A DNA stretch of 63,607 bases, the filler included. It is 9 parts of 9 records of this genome, joined end to end, with 100 filler letters (N's around TTAATTAATTAA, not from the genome) between each part and the next. Parts side by side here need not be neighbours in the genome. Positions count along the whole stretch, not along the records: positions 37,771 to 45,801 come from SRR31156797_50103; positions 45,902 to 52,749 come from SRR31156797_50118; 7 more parts are not named here. One strand, 5' to 3'. The notes below the pieces were generated by a model. It ran no database searches. It was not told where the DNA came from and saw only the letters and a program-made list of their open reading frames with translations. The position numbers and the translations under genes are program-made. Shown piece after piece: positions 40,658 to 50,550 of this stretch. Position 1 is the first letter of the stretch. Each line of letters begins with the position of its first letter.

Positions 40658-41950
40658 TTAGGAAAACCTGGCCTTCACCGCTCTGGCATGAATGGGAAGA
40701 CCTTCTGCTTCAGCAAGGGTGATCACCGTATCCTTGAGGCCGGCAAGACCTTCCTTGCTCAAATATTGAAATGTGGGCTTTTTGATGAAATCGTCCACGG
40801 ACAGACCCGAAAACATGCGGGCGCACTGGCCGGTGGGGAGAACGTGATTGGTTCCGGATGCATAATCCCCCACCGGTACGGGGGCATAGGGGCCCATGAA
40901 GATGGAACCGGCGTGCTTGATCCTGTTCAGGGTGATAAACGGGTCCCGGGTGAGGATCTGAAGATGTTCCGCGGCATATTCATTGGTGAAATCGATGGCC
41001 TGATCCATATCATCGGCAATGAGGACACAGGAGTGTTTCACCAGGGAGGATTCAAAGATATCCTTTCGCGGCAGATTATCAAATTCCCTGTTGATGATAC
41101 GGCAAACCGCATCTCCCAGTTCCCGGGAAGGGGTCACCAGTACGGCGGCGGAGTCGGGATCATGCTCCACCTGGCTTAAAAAATCAATGGCGATCCATTC
41201 CGGGTTTCCGGTTTCATCGGCAAGGATCAAAGATTCACTGGGTCCTGCCGGCGAATCAATGTCCACCTGTCCATAGACCAGCATTTTGGCCGCGGTGACG
41301 TATTTGTTCCCGGGTCCCACGATCTTATCCACCCGTGGCATGGTTTGGGTGCCGTAGGCGAGACCGGCCACACCCCAGGGACCTCCCACCTTGAATATGC
41401 GGTCGCAACCGGCGATGTCCGCTGCCACCAGGGTGGCGGGATTGGCGGACATCCCTTTCCCCGGAGGCGTCACGGCCACAACGTTCTCCACACCTGCGAC
41501 CTTGGCGGGGAGGACGGTCATGAGGATGGAGCTGGGATAGACGGCGCTGCCACCGGGGATGTAGCACCCCACGATGTCCATGGGTCGTGTTATTCTCCCT
41601 GCCAGGATGCCTGTGGTCACCTCGATGGACCACATTTCCCGCTCTTTCTGGGCCGTATGAAATTTAATGATGTTCCGGGCGGCCGTTTTCAGGCAATCCA
41701 CCACGTGGGGGTCCAGAATGTCGTAAGCCGCGGCGATTTCTTCCGGGGTAGCCTCCAGATCGGACGGTCCGATATCTTCCTTGTGTTTCCGGTAATGGGC
41801 AATGGTTACCGCATCACCGTTCTCTTTCATGTCGTTCACAATCCCGCGGACATCCTCGAAAACCACCGAGATGTCTTCCATGGACCTTTCCATAATCCCC
41901 TTTCGCTTTTCAGGGGTGAGGTCGCCGATTTTTTCCGTTTTCATTTTCAT
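40658..41950 (-). CDS. hisD: Histidinol dehydrogenase
   Basis: 'YIPGG', 'GPGNKYV', 'AGPSE', 'SQVEHD', 'AEHL', 'GDYASGTNHVLPT'. Confidence 0.93.
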   Translation of the reverse strand: MKMKTEKIGDLTPEKRKGIMERSMEDISVVFEDVRGIVNDMKENGDAVTIAHYRKHKEDIGPSDLEATPEEIAAAYDILDPHVVDCLKTAARNIIKFHTAQKEREMWSIEVTTGILAGRITRPMDIVGCYIPGGSAVYPSSILMTVLPAKVAGVENVVAVTPPGKGMSANPATLVAADIAGCDRIFKVGGPWGVAGLAYGTQTMPRVDKIVGPGNKYVTAAKMLVYGQVDIDSPAGPSESLILADETGNPEWIAIDFLSQVEHDPDSAAVLVTPSRELGDAVCRIINREFDNLPRKDIFESSLVKHSCVLIADDMDQAIDFTNEYAAEHLQILTRDPFITLNRIKHAGSIFMGPYAPVPVGDYASGTNHVLPTGQCARMFSGLSVDDFIKKPTFQYLSKEGLAGLKDTVITLAEAEGLPIHARAVKARFS

Positions 41951-42969
41951 TTTTCTGTCTCCCCTTTAATATCGGTTTTCTTGTGTGGCATTTTCATGGG
42001 CCGCCTCATGGACATGCCGGTTTTGCTGTCACTGGTGAGCCAGACATAATCCGCCATTCTTTTATTGATTGTTGTGCGCTCTGTCAAGGGGTATAGTACG
42101 ATGGTTGCGGTCTTCACCTCCACACGTCGCAGGAGTCGGTCGGGAATGCCGAATTTGTTTGCAATATGACCGTTGCCGGTAAAAACAACCATTCTTCCCC
42201 CGTGCGCTTTGATGTGGTCGGCAATGGTTTCGGCCATTGTCTCATCCCAGACGCATTGCGCCTGGTAGAAGTGATCGAAATTCTGAATGCCGTGTTTCAG
42301 GTTTTTGTCGGTTTGGTGTTGTTTGAATATGCTCTCCAGATATTCCCGATGCGCCGTATTGGTAAGATCCATGTGGCGGGCCACCTGATGCCGTTCCTCA
42401 TCGGTGAGGCTAATAAGCCCTGACCTTGCCACCTTTTTGACCACCTGGTTCGGCGCGTTGATGCCCAGCAGCACGGTCCCCTTATCCCGGGCAGTCCATA
42501 GGATGGGGCGATAAAGATGGTAGGGGAATCGCCAGCTGTTTTTCCAGTCAACCTGTTCCAGAAAAGTCGTTTCATCCAGATCCCCGTTCATGAATCGGTC
42601 CAGGACCGGTTGCCGGGTGGTGTCGAAAAATTCCATGGCAACCGCCGGGGGAGGGGTCAAACCCGCCATGAGGGCTTGCAGCAACTGCACCTGGATCAGG
42701 TGGTGTTCGGGGTTGTTATGGACCTCGCCCACGAAAACGATATCGACTGTTTTAAGCTGGTCAATCAGCTCGGGAAAGCCGATGGCCTCTCCTGTTTTGA
42801 GATCAATAATCCTCCCCTGGGAAAAATGCCGCTTAATACCCTCCACGGTGGCCAGGGGCGGCATCATATGTTTTTTGGGAGTACTACAAGCCTGCAACAA
42901 CATCAGAAAAACCGGAACAATAAGGAATAATTCAAATTTTCGAATATTACGGGTTAATAGGTTTCTCAC
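41947..42969 (-). CDS. ChaN-family lipoprotein
   Basis: GTG start with GAGG RBS; lipobox LQAC; 'VGEVHNNPEHH', 'AMEFF', 'AQCVWDETMA', 'GNGH'. Confidence 0.85.
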   Translation of the reverse strand: MRNLLTRNIRKFELFLIVPVFLMLLQACSTPKKHMMPPLATVEGIKRHFSQGRIIDLKTGEAIGFPELIDQLKTVDIVFVGEVHNNPEHHLIQVQLLQALMAGLTPPPAVAMEFFDTTRQPVLDRFMNGDLDETTFLEQVDWKNSWRFPYHLYRPILWTARDKGTVLLGINAPNQVVKKVARSGLISLTDEERHQVARHMDLTNTAHREYLESIFKQHQTDKNLKHGIQNFDHFYQAQCVWDETMAETIADHIKAHGGRMVVFTGNGHIANKFGIPDRLLRRVEVKTATIVLYPLTERTTINKRMADYVWLTSDSKTGMSMRRPMKMPHKKTDIKGETEK

Positions 42970-43071
42970 GGAGAATTCCTCTGAACAATGACCTTGACTC
43001 CAGGTGTTTCTATCATTAACCTTTGCTTGTTGCAACTTATTTGAAAAAATCAACAGGTCTAAAGGTGGAAA

Positions 43072-43659
43072 ATGGAGCGGCAGCGAACCCTGGTAAATGT
43101 CTTGAAGGACTATCCCAAAGAGGTGATTCTCAAAGATGGAACCGGTGTAACCCTCAGGCCGTTGGCGGATGGCGACCAGGATGCGCTTTTCCGGATGTTT
43201 CACCGATTCCCCAAAGACGAATTGTGGTTTTTGAACCATAATGTGAATGATCCGGGGCTGATTCATGAGTGGATCGGAAACCTCAATTTGAAGCGGGTGG
43301 TTTCCATTGTCGCTATTCTGGAAGGAAGGGTGATTGCCAACGCCGTGCTCATGATGAAGGGTTATGGGGCCAAAAAACATATCGGTAAAGTCCGCATAGC
43401 CGTGGTGCCCGCCATGCGGGAAAAAAGACTTGGGACCTGGATGCTTCTGGATTTGATTAACCTGGCCGTGGCCATCGGATTGAAAATCCTGGTGATGCGG
43501 CTCATCGAAGACCGGGATATTGCCGTGATTCAGGGCGTGAAAAAGCTCGATTTTGTTGAACGGGCCATTTTAAAAGATTACGTGCTGGATATGGAGGAAA
43601 ACCCTCACAACCTGGTGATCCTCACCAAACGCCTTCACACCCGTTGGGATGATTTTTGA
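43072..43659 (+). CDS. GNAT-family acetyltransferase
   Basis: 'LKDGTGVTLRPL', 'VVPAMREKRLGT'. Confidence 0.8.
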   Translation: MERQRTLVNVLKDYPKEVILKDGTGVTLRPLADGDQDALFRMFHRFPKDELWFLNHNVNDPGLIHEWIGNLNLKRVVSIVAILEGRVIANAVLMMKGYGAKKHIGKVRIAVVPAMREKRLGTWMLLDLINLAVAIGLKILVMRLIEDRDIAVIQGVKKLDFVERAILKDYVLDMEENPHNLVILTKRLHTRWDDF

Positions 43660-45521
43660 AAAATATGAGCCAAGACCGTTTTCAGTATCAGCTGGATCCG
43701 GAATCCCTCAGGAAAGTCCTTCCCCATGGCCCCGGTGTATACCTGTTCGCGGATCCCAAAGGGAGGGTCATTTATGTGGGAAAGGCGAAGGACCTGTCAA
43801 AGCGGGTGCTTTCCTATTTCAGGTCCGCCAACAATGCCCCCACCAAAACCGCCCGGATGATGAATATGGCGGAAGGGCTGGAATTCATCCTCACCCTGAC
43901 CGAAAAAGAGGCCTTGATCCTTGAAAACGATCTCATCAAGAAATATAAACCGCGGTACAATATCATCCTTCGGGACGACAAGCAATATCCCTGTCTCAGA
44001 CTGGATATTCGTGAGCCCTATCCCCGGCTCGGCATGGTCAGGAAAATCAAAAAGGATGGTGCGCTCTATTTCGGGCCGTTCTCCTCTGCAAATGCGGTGC
44101 GCAGCACCACCCGTGTCATATCCAGGGTGTTTAAGCTCAGGAAATGCAAGGGGTTGAAGCTGAAACAGAGGGACAGGCCCTGTATCAACTTTCAGATGGA
44201 CCGGTGCCTGGGGCCCTGCGCGCGGCCCGTAAGCGAAAAAGCCTATGGAGAGATGGTCGAACAGGTGCGCCTTTTCCTGGAAGGGCGTAACACGGAGTTG
44301 CTGGGAACCCTGAAAAAGGAGATGGCGGAGGTGGCCGCTCAATTGGATTTTGAAAGGGCTGCAGAGATCAGGGACCGGATTTATGCCGTTGAAAAGACCG
44401 TTGAACGACAGCACGTGGTCTCACGCCGCATGGCGGATCAGGATATTATCGGCATTGCCCGGAAGGAGAATCTGCGACAGTTGGCCGTGATGTTCGTGCG
44501 CCGGGGGCATCTGGTGGGGACCCGGCATTTTCTTTTCGAGGATGTAAACGGCGCTTCAGTGGAGGTGCTGGAGGCGTTTTTGAAGCAGTACTATTCGGGC
44601 CGGGTATTTATTCCCGGTACCATTCTACTCTCGGAGCCTGTTGCGGAAAGTGAATCCCTCGGCGAGTGGATATCGGAGATGGCCGGAAAAAAGGTGGTGA
44701 TCCATTGTCCCCAGCGGGGTGAAAAGAAAAAGCTGGTTCACATAGCGGTGGCCAATGCCCGAAATCTTCTGGCGGGTCACCGGATCACCCGGAAGGAGGC
44801 CTTGCTGGAGTCGGCCCGATCCGTTTTGAGTCTTCAAAAAGTGCCGCGCACCATTGAAGGTCTTGATATCTCCAACCTCCAGGGGGACAATGCGGTGGGC
44901 GTTGTGGTGGCTTTCAAGGACGGCGAACCCGACCGGGGACACTATTTGAATTATCGCATCAAACATATTAAGGGGATTGATGATTACGGCATGATGGCGG
45001 AAATGATGGAACGACGCATTGCCGCACCGCCGCTGCCGGATCTTTTTGTGGTGGACGGGGGAAAGGGGCACCTGGCTGCGGTGAAAAAGGTGATGGATCG
45101 GCAACTTGAAGGATCCGAGGCCGCTTTTTTCCCGGAGGTGATTTCTCTGGCCAAGCCCGATGAGGTTCTGGGAGAGAAATATGACAAGATTTATGTTCCC
45201 GGCAGAAAGAACCCCGTTCGGCTGAAACCGGATGATCCCGTACTGTTTTTGATGATGCGGATCCGCGATGAGGCCCACCGGAGGGCCGTGACCTATCATC
45301 GAAAACTGAGACAAAAGGGGTTGACCCGAAGTCAACTGGATGGAATTCCCGGTGTGGGGAAACAGAGAAAGAAAACTCTACTTAGATATTTCAAAGGGGT
45401 AGACTCTATTTCTAAGGCAAAGGTTGAAGAATTGTGCGCTGTGCCCGGCATCAATCGGGATCTGGCTTTGAAGATTATTGCGGGGTTGTCAGACGGTCAT
45501 GCGAAGGAAAAGAGTGGTTAA
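43656..45521 (+). CDS. uvrC: Excinuclease ABC subunit C
   Basis: 'PGVY', 'IYVGKAK', 'DDKQYP', 'DISN', 'VDGGKG', 'RDEAHR', HhH. Confidence 0.98.
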   Translation: MKNMSQDRFQYQLDPESLRKVLPHGPGVYLFADPKGRVIYVGKAKDLSKRVLSYFRSANNAPTKTARMMNMAEGLEFILTLTEKEALILENDLIKKYKPRYNIILRDDKQYPCLRLDIREPYPRLGMVRKIKKDGALYFGPFSSANAVRSTTRVISRVFKLRKCKGLKLKQRDRPCINFQMDRCLGPCARPVSEKAYGEMVEQVRLFLEGRNTELLGTLKKEMAEVAAQLDFERAAEIRDRIYAVEKTVERQHVVSRRMADQDIIGIARKENLRQLAVMFVRRGHLVGTRHFLFEDVNGASVEVLEAFLKQYYSGRVFIPGTILLSEPVAESESLGEWISEMAGKKVVIHCPQRGEKKKLVHIAVANARNLLAGHRITRKEALLESARSVLSLQKVPRTIEGLDISNLQGDNAVGVVVAFKDGEPDRGHYLNYRIKHIKGIDDYGMMAEMMERRIAAPPLPDLFVVDGGKGHLAAVKKVMDRQLEGSEAAFFPEVISLAKPDEVLGEKYDKIYVPGRKNPVRLKPDDPVLFLMMRIRDEAHRRAVTYHRKLRQKGLTRSQLDGIPGVGKQRKKTLLRYFKGVDSISKAKVEELCAVPGINRDLALKIIAGLSDGHAKEKSG

Positions 45522-45801
45522 CCCCAGGTAAATGAGAAGGCTCAGGATGTCATTTGAAGTGGTGACGAATGGACCGGCAGCCAGGGCCGGGTCCACATTG
45601 AGACGTTTCAGGGCCAGGGGGACCGCGGCCCCGATGATGCCCGACAGGACGATGATGAGAAAGAGGGCCGTATTGACAATGATCCCCAGTCGGTAATCCC
45701 CCACCCAGAACCCCACGATCAGCCCCAGGATCCCCCCGCAGATGATGCCGTTGATCAGGGCGACCCGCAATTCCATCCACAGCCGTTTTCCGATGTTGAC
45801 C
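45489..45801 (-). CDS. mgtE: Magnesium transporter MgtE, C-terminal fragment
   Basis: 'DPALAAGPFVTTSND'. Confidence 0.9.
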
Positions 45802-45901
45802 NNNNNNNNNNNNNNNNNNNNNNNNNNNNNNNNNNNNNNNNNNNNTTAATTAATTAANNNNNNNNNNNNNNNNNNNNNNNNNNNNNNNNNNNNNNNNNNN
45901 N
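45802..45901. other. Artificial contig spacer 6
   Basis: N44-TTAATTAATTAA-N44. Confidence 0.99.
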
Positions 45902-46246
45902 GCGATTCTGGCGTTTTCACCCAATGAATTTATTGACCGGGTTCTTGAAAAAGACTTGACCCGTTTCACTGAAAAAACAATAACCGACCCCGCTGAATTC
46001 CGTCTTCATATGCAGGAAACAAAACAACGGGGTTATGCAATAGACGACGAAGAAATCAATTTCGGCGTCCGCGGCGTGGGCGTTCCCATTTTCGATTACG
46101 AGGGGAAGCCTGTGGCCGGCCTGGTGGTAGTCGGTTCTTCAAATAAAGTCAGCGGTGAGAGAAATTCCGTTGTTGTTGAAGAATTGCTGAAAACCGCCGC
46201 AAAAATATCTTCTCAACTTAGTTATTATGTTGACGACGATGAATGA
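45902..46246 (+). CDS. IclR-family regulator, C-terminal fragment
   Basis: 'AILAF...FTEKTITDP...RGYAIDDEE..GVRGVGVPI'. Confidence 0.9.
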   Translation, partial: AILAFSPNEFIDRVLEKDLTRFTEKTITDPAEFRLHMQETKQRGYAIDDEEINFGVRGVGVPIFDYEGKPVAGLVVVGSSNKVSGERNSVVVEELLKTAAKISSQLSYYVDDDE

Positions 46247-46461
46247 TTGCCGGGCAATAGAGCATCGCGTCAACAAAACATAATCTGAAATCAATTCCAA
46301 GCTTTAAAAAATGAGCCTACGGCTCCGGCGACCGGGTTCGCCCGACAGGGATGTCGGTCGACTATTTGGGGATCGGCGCCCTATTGGCAACCGGGATAGT
46401 ACGAAAAAGTTTCTATGCGTTTGTCCATGCTCATTATGTAATGGCGTCCTTGGAGGAAACT

Positions 46462-47394
46462 ATGAAATTAAGCGATATTAAAAGCATTGCCGTTATCGGG
46501 GCCGGCTTGATGGGGCACGGCTTTGCCCAGATCTTCGCTTCCAAGGGGTATTCAGTCATTCTTCAGGATATAAGCAACGACATCCTTGAAAAGGCTGTGC
46601 AGAACATCCGCTCCAACCTCGAAACAATGGCTCAATACGGTCGGGCTGACGAATCGGAAATAAACGGAATCATTCAAAGGATCAAATTGACCGAGGGCAT
46701 GAACGAAGCCGCGGTCGCCGCTGATTTTGTCATTGAGGCCGCCCCGGAAAAAATGGACCTGAAGCAAAATATTTTCCGGGAACTGGACGGCGTTTGCCGG
46801 CCGGAAGTAATTCTGGCCACAAATACATCGGTCATGAGCATATCCGAAATTGCTTCATTGACCAGGCGGCCTGACAGAGTGGTGGGGACGCATTTCTGGA
46901 ACCCGCCCTTCCTCATTCCATTGGTCGAAGTCATAAAAGGGATGCATACAACAGATAATGTAATGGACCTGACTTTCGACCTGATGAAGAAAGTCGGAAA
47001 ACATCCGGTCCGGGTGAAAAAAGACGCGCCCGGTTTTGTCGGCAACCGGCTCCAGCATGCATTGTGGCGGGAAGCAATATCAATTGTCGAACACGATATC
47101 GCCGATCCCGCCGAAGTGGATGAAGTGATTAAAAACAGTTTCGGCATCCGTCTGCCCGTGCTCGGGCCCATGGAAAACGCGGACATGGTCGGCCTGGATT
47201 TGACTTTCCAGGTTCATGACTACATCCTCAAACACCTGGAAACATCACCCGAACCTTCCGCCCTGCTTAAACAAAAACTGGAAAACGGCGAACTCGGTTT
47301 CAAAAGCGGACGCGGATTTATGGAATGGCCCCCGGAACAAGCCAAGGCTTCCCGGGAAAGACTGTTACACCATTTATTGAAAAGCATCGGTTGA
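46462..47394 (+). CDS. 3-hydroxyacyl-CoA dehydrogenase-family protein
   Basis: RBS GGAGG; 'GAGLMG', 'ATNTS', 'HFWNPP', 'PGFVGNRLQ'. Confidence 0.9.
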   Translation: MKLSDIKSIAVIGAGLMGHGFAQIFASKGYSVILQDISNDILEKAVQNIRSNLETMAQYGRADESEINGIIQRIKLTEGMNEAAVAADFVIEAAPEKMDLKQNIFRELDGVCRPEVILATNTSVMSISEIASLTRRPDRVVGTHFWNPPFLIPLVEVIKGMHTTDNVMDLTFDLMKKVGKHPVRVKKDAPGFVGNRLQHALWREAISIVEHDIADPAEVDEVIKNSFGIRLPVLGPMENADMVGLDLTFQVHDYILKHLETSPEPSALLKQKLENGELGFKSGRGFMEWPPEQAKASRERLLHHLLKSIG

Positions 47395-47605
47395 ATCTAT
47401 TGCTGTTCGATCCGTCTTTTCGATTCTGATCATTATCCATAAAACAAGTCTCAGGCCGGGATGGGGCCGGCCAAGCTTGTTTTAAAATATTAACTTTAAG
47501 AATTTCACGCATTATTTTTTCAGGCAATTCAGTTCCAAAATATTTCACGCTCTAATGCGCCGTACTCGTAACGGCGCTCAATTACCGGTTGTTCTGGAGG
47601 AGCGC

Positions 47606-50548
47606 ATGAAGCTGTCTATTCTGTTATACGGACTTGAAAAAATATTCAAATTCACCGCAGCCAAATATCCTTCCTTTAAAAAGCGACTAAAGGAAAGGAA
47701 TATCTCCGTTCAGTTTAAGGTTTTGGATGACACGGACGGCCGTTGTTTTAAATTTGAAAACGGAAAAGTATCTTCCAAAAGCGGAATAAATCCGGACGCC
47801 GACGTCTCAATTGTGTTTTCTTCCGCCAAGCTGGCCATTGATCTTGTCAAGCCGCCCATGGATATGCTTGCGGTTATTAATGCCATGAAGAATTTCCATG
47901 TAGGGATGGAAGGTCCTGACGAATTGACCGCCTGGTTCATGGAAACGCTCACCATGATCAGAACGGCGGGAACACGATACGGAACAGACCTGGAAGGCGG
48001 CCTGAAACGCTACACAAGCAATACCAACGGCGGCCCTGTATTCGTGTACGTAAAAGATGAAAAAATAGTTCGAATCACCCCGATAGAATTCGACGACGAA
48101 GACGCCGAACCCTGGTCCATCCAGGCCCGGGGGCGGGTTTTCACGCCATGGCGCAAAACCACTATCTCCCCCTACACCCTGGCCTGGAAATCAATGGTCT
48201 ATTCTGATGACAGAATCCTATATCCCATGAAAAGGGTTGATTTCGATCCCAACGGACAAAGAAATCCCGACAAAAGGGGAACATCGGAATATGAGCGCAT
48301 AAGCTGGGATGAGGCCCTGGACATTGTTGCCGGAGAAATTCAGCGGGTAAAAAAACAGCACGGCCCAGGCGCCATAATGAATTCCTCGGGCTCCCACCAC
48401 ACTTGGGGAAACCTGGGCTACTGGCTGAGCACACGGCTTCGGTTCTTCAACTCCATCGGCTTTACTCCGGTCATGCACAATCCCGATAGCTGGGAAGGTT
48501 GGTATTGGGGCGCCATGCATCATTGGGGACACAGCATGCGTCTCGGCGGGGGCGAGACTTATGGGACCGTGGAAGATCTGCTCAAGGAATGCGAAATGGT
48601 CGTGTTCTGGTCCAGCGATCCGGAAGCCACCAGCGGCGTTTACGGCGCCTTCGAAGGCACTATTCGGCGGCAATGGCTCAAAGACCTAAACATTAAAATG
48701 GTTCACATCGACCCCTTCTACAACCATACGGCAGCTTTTCTCGGAGGCAAGTGGCTGGCGCCGCGCCCGGCCACCGGCAACGCCCTGGCCTTGGCCATAG
48801 CCTGGGTCTGGATCACGGAAGATCTTTACGACAAGGAATACGTCGCATCCCGAACAACCGGATTCGAAGAGTGGAAAAACTATATCCTGGGCCTTGATGA
48901 CGGCGTCCCCAAAACTCCGGAATGGCAGGAAAACGAATCCGGCATTCCGGCCCATGACGTACGCGCCCTGGCCAGGGAATGGGGGTCGAAAAAGACTTAC
49001 CTCGCCGCCGGGGGACTCATCGGTTTCGGCGGCGCCTGCCGATGCGCAACCGGAAACGAATGGGCCCGCTCCATGGTCTGTCTCATGGCCATGCAGGGAT
49101 TGGGCAAGCCCGGCGTAAACATGGGCTGCCTGCAACAGGGAACCCCGATCGACACCCGGTTTTATTTTCCCGGGTATTCCGAAGGCGGTTTGTCCGGGGA
49201 CCTCGAAGGAACCGCCATGGCCGTGAGCCTGTACCAGCGCATGCCCCAGCTTCCAACCGTAAATACGGTCTACCAAAGGGTCCCGAGGTTGAGGATCCCT
49301 GAAGCCATACTTGAGGGCAAAACCCATGGCTTCCCCACAGATTCCAAAACCATTGAAGGTCAGTTCATGAAAATCGGGTACCCCGCGCCGGGAAACTCTC
49401 CGATCAAGATGTACTACAAATACGGCGGATCCCACTTCGGAACCATGAACGACACCAACAGGTACGCCAAGGCATACAGATCGGAAAACCTCGAATTCGT
49501 GGTCAACCAGTCCATATGGTTCGAGGGAGAAGCAGGATTCGCGGATATAATCCTCCCTGCCTGCACAAACTTTGAACGCTGGGATATCGGAGAATTCGCC
49601 AACTGCGGCGGGTACGTCCAGCACAGCTACAACCAGTGCAATCACCGCGTTATAGTTATGCAGCACAAATGCATCGAGCCGCTGGGCGAATCAAAATCCG
49701 ACTTTAGCATCTTCCATGAAATAACAAAAAGACTGGGCCTTTCCGCAATGTATTCGGAAGGCATGACCGAACTGGACTGGTGCAGGAGGTTGTTTGATTC
49801 TTCCGATGTTTCCAAGCACATTTCCTGGAAGAAATTCCTTAAAAAAGGATACTACGTCGTCCCCGCCCCGTCCGAAAAACACCGCTCGCCGACGGCATAC
49901 AGGTGGTTTGCCGAAGGAAAGCCCAAGGATACGCATGAAGTCTCGCCCCTGCCCGCCGACTACACGGAAAAATTCGGACACGGCCTGCAAACTCAGTCGG
50001 GTAAAATCGAATTCGTTGCTTCAAGCCTCAAGAGATTCGATCCTGATGATCCGGAACGCCCGCCAATGAGCAAATACATACCATCCTGGGAAGGGCACCA
50101 TACAACGGAATTAATTGAAAAATATCCATTGCAATTGATTTCGCCCCATCCCAGGTACAGCTTTCACACCATGGGTGACGGCAAAGACAGCATTATCAAC
50201 GATGTCAAGGACCATCGGGTCCTGATCAACGACCATTACTACTGGATTGTCCGCATCAACACAAAAGATGCTCAGGAAAGGGGCCTCAAGCAGGATGACC
50301 TGGTCAAGGTCTTCAACGACCGGGGAGCAGTGATCTGCGCCGCCCAGGTCACCGAACGCCTTCGGCCCGGAACCGTGCATTCCTATGAATCATCGGCCCG
50401 GTACGAACCTGTGGGAGAACCGGGAACCTCCCCCGATCAGGGCGGATGCATCAACATTTTGACCCCGAAACGTCCCATGATCAAGAATTCGCACTCCCAT
50501 GCCGCAAACTCGTGCCTGGTCCAGATTGAAAAATGGGAAGGAATGTAA
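47606..50548 (+). CDS. Mo-bis-MGD enzyme, pyrogallol transhydroxylase large-subunit-like, with extra N-terminal domain
   Basis: 'GGPVFVYVKD', 'GSHHTWGNLGY', 'HNPDSWEGW', 'FWSSDPE', 'SPHPRYSFH'. Confidence 0.88.
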   Translation: MKLSILLYGLEKIFKFTAAKYPSFKKRLKERNISVQFKVLDDTDGRCFKFENGKVSSKSGINPDADVSIVFSSAKLAIDLVKPPMDMLAVINAMKNFHVGMEGPDELTAWFMETLTMIRTAGTRYGTDLEGGLKRYTSNTNGGPVFVYVKDEKIVRITPIEFDDEDAEPWSIQARGRVFTPWRKTTISPYTLAWKSMVYSDDRILYPMKRVDFDPNGQRNPDKRGTSEYERISWDEALDIVAGEIQRVKKQHGPGAIMNSSGSHHTWGNLGYWLSTRLRFFNSIGFTPVMHNPDSWEGWYWGAMHHWGHSMRLGGGETYGTVEDLLKECEMVVFWSSDPEATSGVYGAFEGTIRRQWLKDLNIKMVHIDPFYNHTAAFLGGKWLAPRPATGNALALAIAWVWITEDLYDKEYVASRTTGFEEWKNYILGLDDGVPKTPEWQENESGIPAHDVRALAREWGSKKTYLAAGGLIGFGGACRCATGNEWARSMVCLMAMQGLGKPGVNMGCLQQGTPIDTRFYFPGYSEGGLSGDLEGTAMAVSLYQRMPQLPTVNTVYQRVPRLRIPEAILEGKTHGFPTDSKTIEGQFMKIGYPAPGNSPIKMYYKYGGSHFGTMNDTNRYAKAYRSENLEFVVNQSIWFEGEAGFADIILPACTNFERWDIGEFANCGGYVQHSYNQCNHRVIVMQHKCIEPLGESKSDFSIFHEITKRLGLSAMYSEGMTELDWCRRLFDSSDVSKHISWKKFLKKGYYVVPAPSEKHRSPTAYRWFAEGKPKDTHEVSPLPADYTEKFGHGLQTQSGKIEFVASSLKRFDPDDPERPPMSKYIPSWEGHHTTELIEKYPLQLISPHPRYSFHTMGDGKDSIINDVKDHRVLINDHYYWIVRINTKDAQERGLKQDDLVKVFNDRGAVICAAQVTERLRPGTVHSYESSARYEPVGEPGTSPDQGGCINILTPKRPMIKNSHSHAANSCLVQIEKWEGM

Positions 50549-50550
50549 AA

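Noticed and set aside
32231-41950. One organism carrying both LipB/LipA and LipS-type lipoylation side by side
   Set aside because: The clusters lie on different contigs separated by spacer 5; linkage is not shown.
40658-41950. HisD homolog as sulfopropanediol dehydrogenase HpsN
   Set aside because: It retains HisD-type 'SQVEHD' and 'GDYASGTNH' motifs, and no sulfonate genes are nearby.
42970-43380. N-terminal extension of the ChaN ORF
   Set aside because: Overlaps the divergent GNAT gene; the lipoprotein signal and RBS support GTG at 42969.
47395-47605. Moco/Wco riboswitch before the Mo enzyme
   Set aside because: No recognisable Moco-motif stems or consensus.
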